A stretch of DNA of 34,524 nucleotides from IMG/VR virus record IMGVR_UViG_3300030372_002732, positions 1 through 34,524 of that record; one strand, 5' to 3'. The position numbers and the translations under genes were made by a program. Source of the DNA: a virus (taxonomy: Duplodnaviria > Caudoviricetes). The notes beneath the pieces are model-generated. The model was not told the DNA's origin. It saw nothing but the letters and a program-made list of their open reading frames with translations, and did no database searches. This document shows positions 33,160 to 34,524 of this stretch, one piece after another (positions within the stretch are counted from its first letter, which is position 1; every line of letters starts with the position of its first letter).

Positions 33160-33264
33160 TTAAAATATTATAGCACCTACGATAAATCCTACAACAGCAC
33201 AGATAATTTCTCTTCTGTTGTGTAGCTGCCATACCATAAATCTATCTTTGTATTGTTTAATCAT
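33160..33264 (-). CDS. Small membrane peptide (34 aa)
   Basis: MIKQYKDRFMVWQLHNRREIICAVVGFIVGAIIF, GGAGG RBS. Confidence 0.6.
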   Translation of the reverse strand: MIKQYKDRFMVWQLHNRREIICAVVGFIVGAIIF

Positions 33265-33913
33265 TTTTTTCCTCCAGTTCTCTAAGTTGATAATCATACA
33301 TACCTTCTTCATGTTCGTCGGTTATCCACTTAGAAGTTTTTTCGACTGACCATGTTTTACTAGTTACTAACCTATTAATCAAGGTTTTGTTTGGATCATT
33401 ACCCATTGATGGATCAAATACTTTTAGCCTGTTATTGGGTTGTATTGCATAGTTTCCATCATCTAGCTCTATTACGTGTCCACATTTATGTTGATCTGGT
33501 TTTTCTGAGTACCCAAAATTTAATTCATTGAAGTCTCCGCCACACCAATCAATTGTAAACAAATATGTTCCTTCTCTTTTAACTTTACGTCTTGATATAT
33601 ATTTTACTTTACATCCAGCTAATTCATAAAAAGTTGTAACAGCCACGTTGTAACTAAAACAATCCCACATCATAAGCTCATCTAATGGTAACTCTTTAAC
33701 GTTAGGTTTTTTACAAAAGGCTGAGATAGGTGCTCGCCACCATAGACCACCATCTGACATCATAAAATGAAATAAAGGTGTAGAATTAGGAATAGAACTA
33801 AAACCAAATATAGTACATTCAAAGTATTTATCGTGTGAATCTCTTTGATCTCTTAGATAGTTACCTCGGACATAACATTCTATAACAGGTATGTTTGCAT
33901 TTAAATAAGCCAT
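33257..33913 (-). CDS. Conserved hypothetical phage protein
   Basis: 218 aa, 'YLNANIP...YLFTIDW...HKC.H...GNYA.QPNNR', coupled to the polymerase stop. Confidence 0.7.
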   Translation of the reverse strand: MAYLNANIPVIECYVRGNYLRDQRDSHDKYFECTIFGFSSIPNSTPLFHFMMSDGGLWWRAPISAFCKKPNVKELPLDELMMWDCFSYNVAVTTFYELAGCKVKYISRRKVKREGTYLFTIDWCGGDFNELNFGYSEKPDQHKCGHVIELDDGNYAIQPNNRLKVFDPSMGNDPNKTLINRLVTSKTWSVEKTSKWITDEHEEGMYDYQLRELEEKND

Positions 33914-34524
33914 TAATCATTTATCTCCCCCCAATTGTCACCTGATTCATAATCAACTTTATTTGGGACTTCAAGTGTAACAGCATGCTCCATAATCTCA
34001 ATAATTTTTTTAGCTTGTGCGTCATTTTCAATTGACAGATCAAGTTCGTCGTGAATTTGTATGTGTGGTATTATTCCTTCCTTGTATAGCTCTAACATAG
34101 ATTTTTTTGTCATGTCAGCAGCACTACCTTGAATTAATTTATTTAATGATTTGTAGGTATAAGCTCTTCTAATCCCTGGTCCATGTTCCCTGAGTGCTTC
34201 TTCGTGAGGCAATGCCTTGTGCATACCAAACTGATTAGGTTCCCATAAATGAAACCTACACAATCTACCAAGTAAAGTTCTAATTTGTCCTCTGTCCTGT
34301 GCTCTGTTAGAAGCTTTCTCCATTAACTGTTTAACAAATGGTACTCTACTGTGATAGGTGTTAAATAATTCTGCAGCTTTTTCTTTAGTAACACCTAATT
34401 CTGCTTGAAGTTTAGCCTTACCCATTCCGTAAAATAGTCCAAGGTTAATTGTCTTTGCTTGTGAACGTGGTATCTGAGCCATGTCTGCTACTGTTTGATG
34501 GAAATCTGCGTTTGAGTCTGTGTT
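33913..34524 (-). CDS. polA: Family A DNA polymerase, C-terminal part (5' truncated)
   Basis: Frame is open to the window end (..ADFHQTVADMAQ..). Motif B RSQAKTINLGLFYG, 'N.LIQGSAAD', motif C QIHDEL. Confidence 0.95.
   Translation of the reverse strand, partial: NTDSNADFHQTVADMAQIPRSQAKTINLGLFYGMGKAKLQAELGVTKEKAAELFNTYHSRVPFVKQLMEKASNRAQDRGQIRTLLGRLCRFHLWEPNQFGMHKALPHEEALREHGPGIRRAYTYKSLNKLIQGSAADMTKKSMLELYKEGIIPHIQIHDELDLSIENDAQAKKIIEIMEHAVTLEVPNKVDYESGDNWGEIND

Overview
This is a 34.5-kb segment of an AT-rich tailed dsDNA phage genome. The gene content resembles marine pelagiphage-like podoviruses (HTVC023P/uvMED-like); that resemblance is from memory and was not checked against a database. 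Almost all genes lie on the minus strand. Reading right to left: family-A DNA polymerase C-terminus (Leu762 type), membrane/lysis genes including a peptidase M15 endolysin, an RHH-regulator-led operon with HNH and PD-(D/E)XK nucleases, an iteron-like candidate origin (about 26.1 kb), and a plus-strand small terminase. The late block follows: TerL, portal, small basic proteins, GroES, scaffold, Mu-gpT-like major capsid, adaptors and tail fibres. The most unusual part is the 19.9-24.5 kb island between terL and terS. It holds five co-oriented GGGTGGGTCCCGCCCACAAGC repeats about 0.9-1.2 kb apart that delimit promoter-gene-terminator modules. It also holds about 13 GCGAC-N5-GTCGC boxes that match the alphaproteobacterial RegA/RegR/PrrA site, five of them at a fixed 30-32 bp from six -10 elements, and one NrdR-like box. 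Finally it contains two divergent paralogous helical proteins and a chain of alternating ACTGATCCC/GGGATCAGT hairpins with covarying base pairs. All coordinates and alignments were derived by eye.
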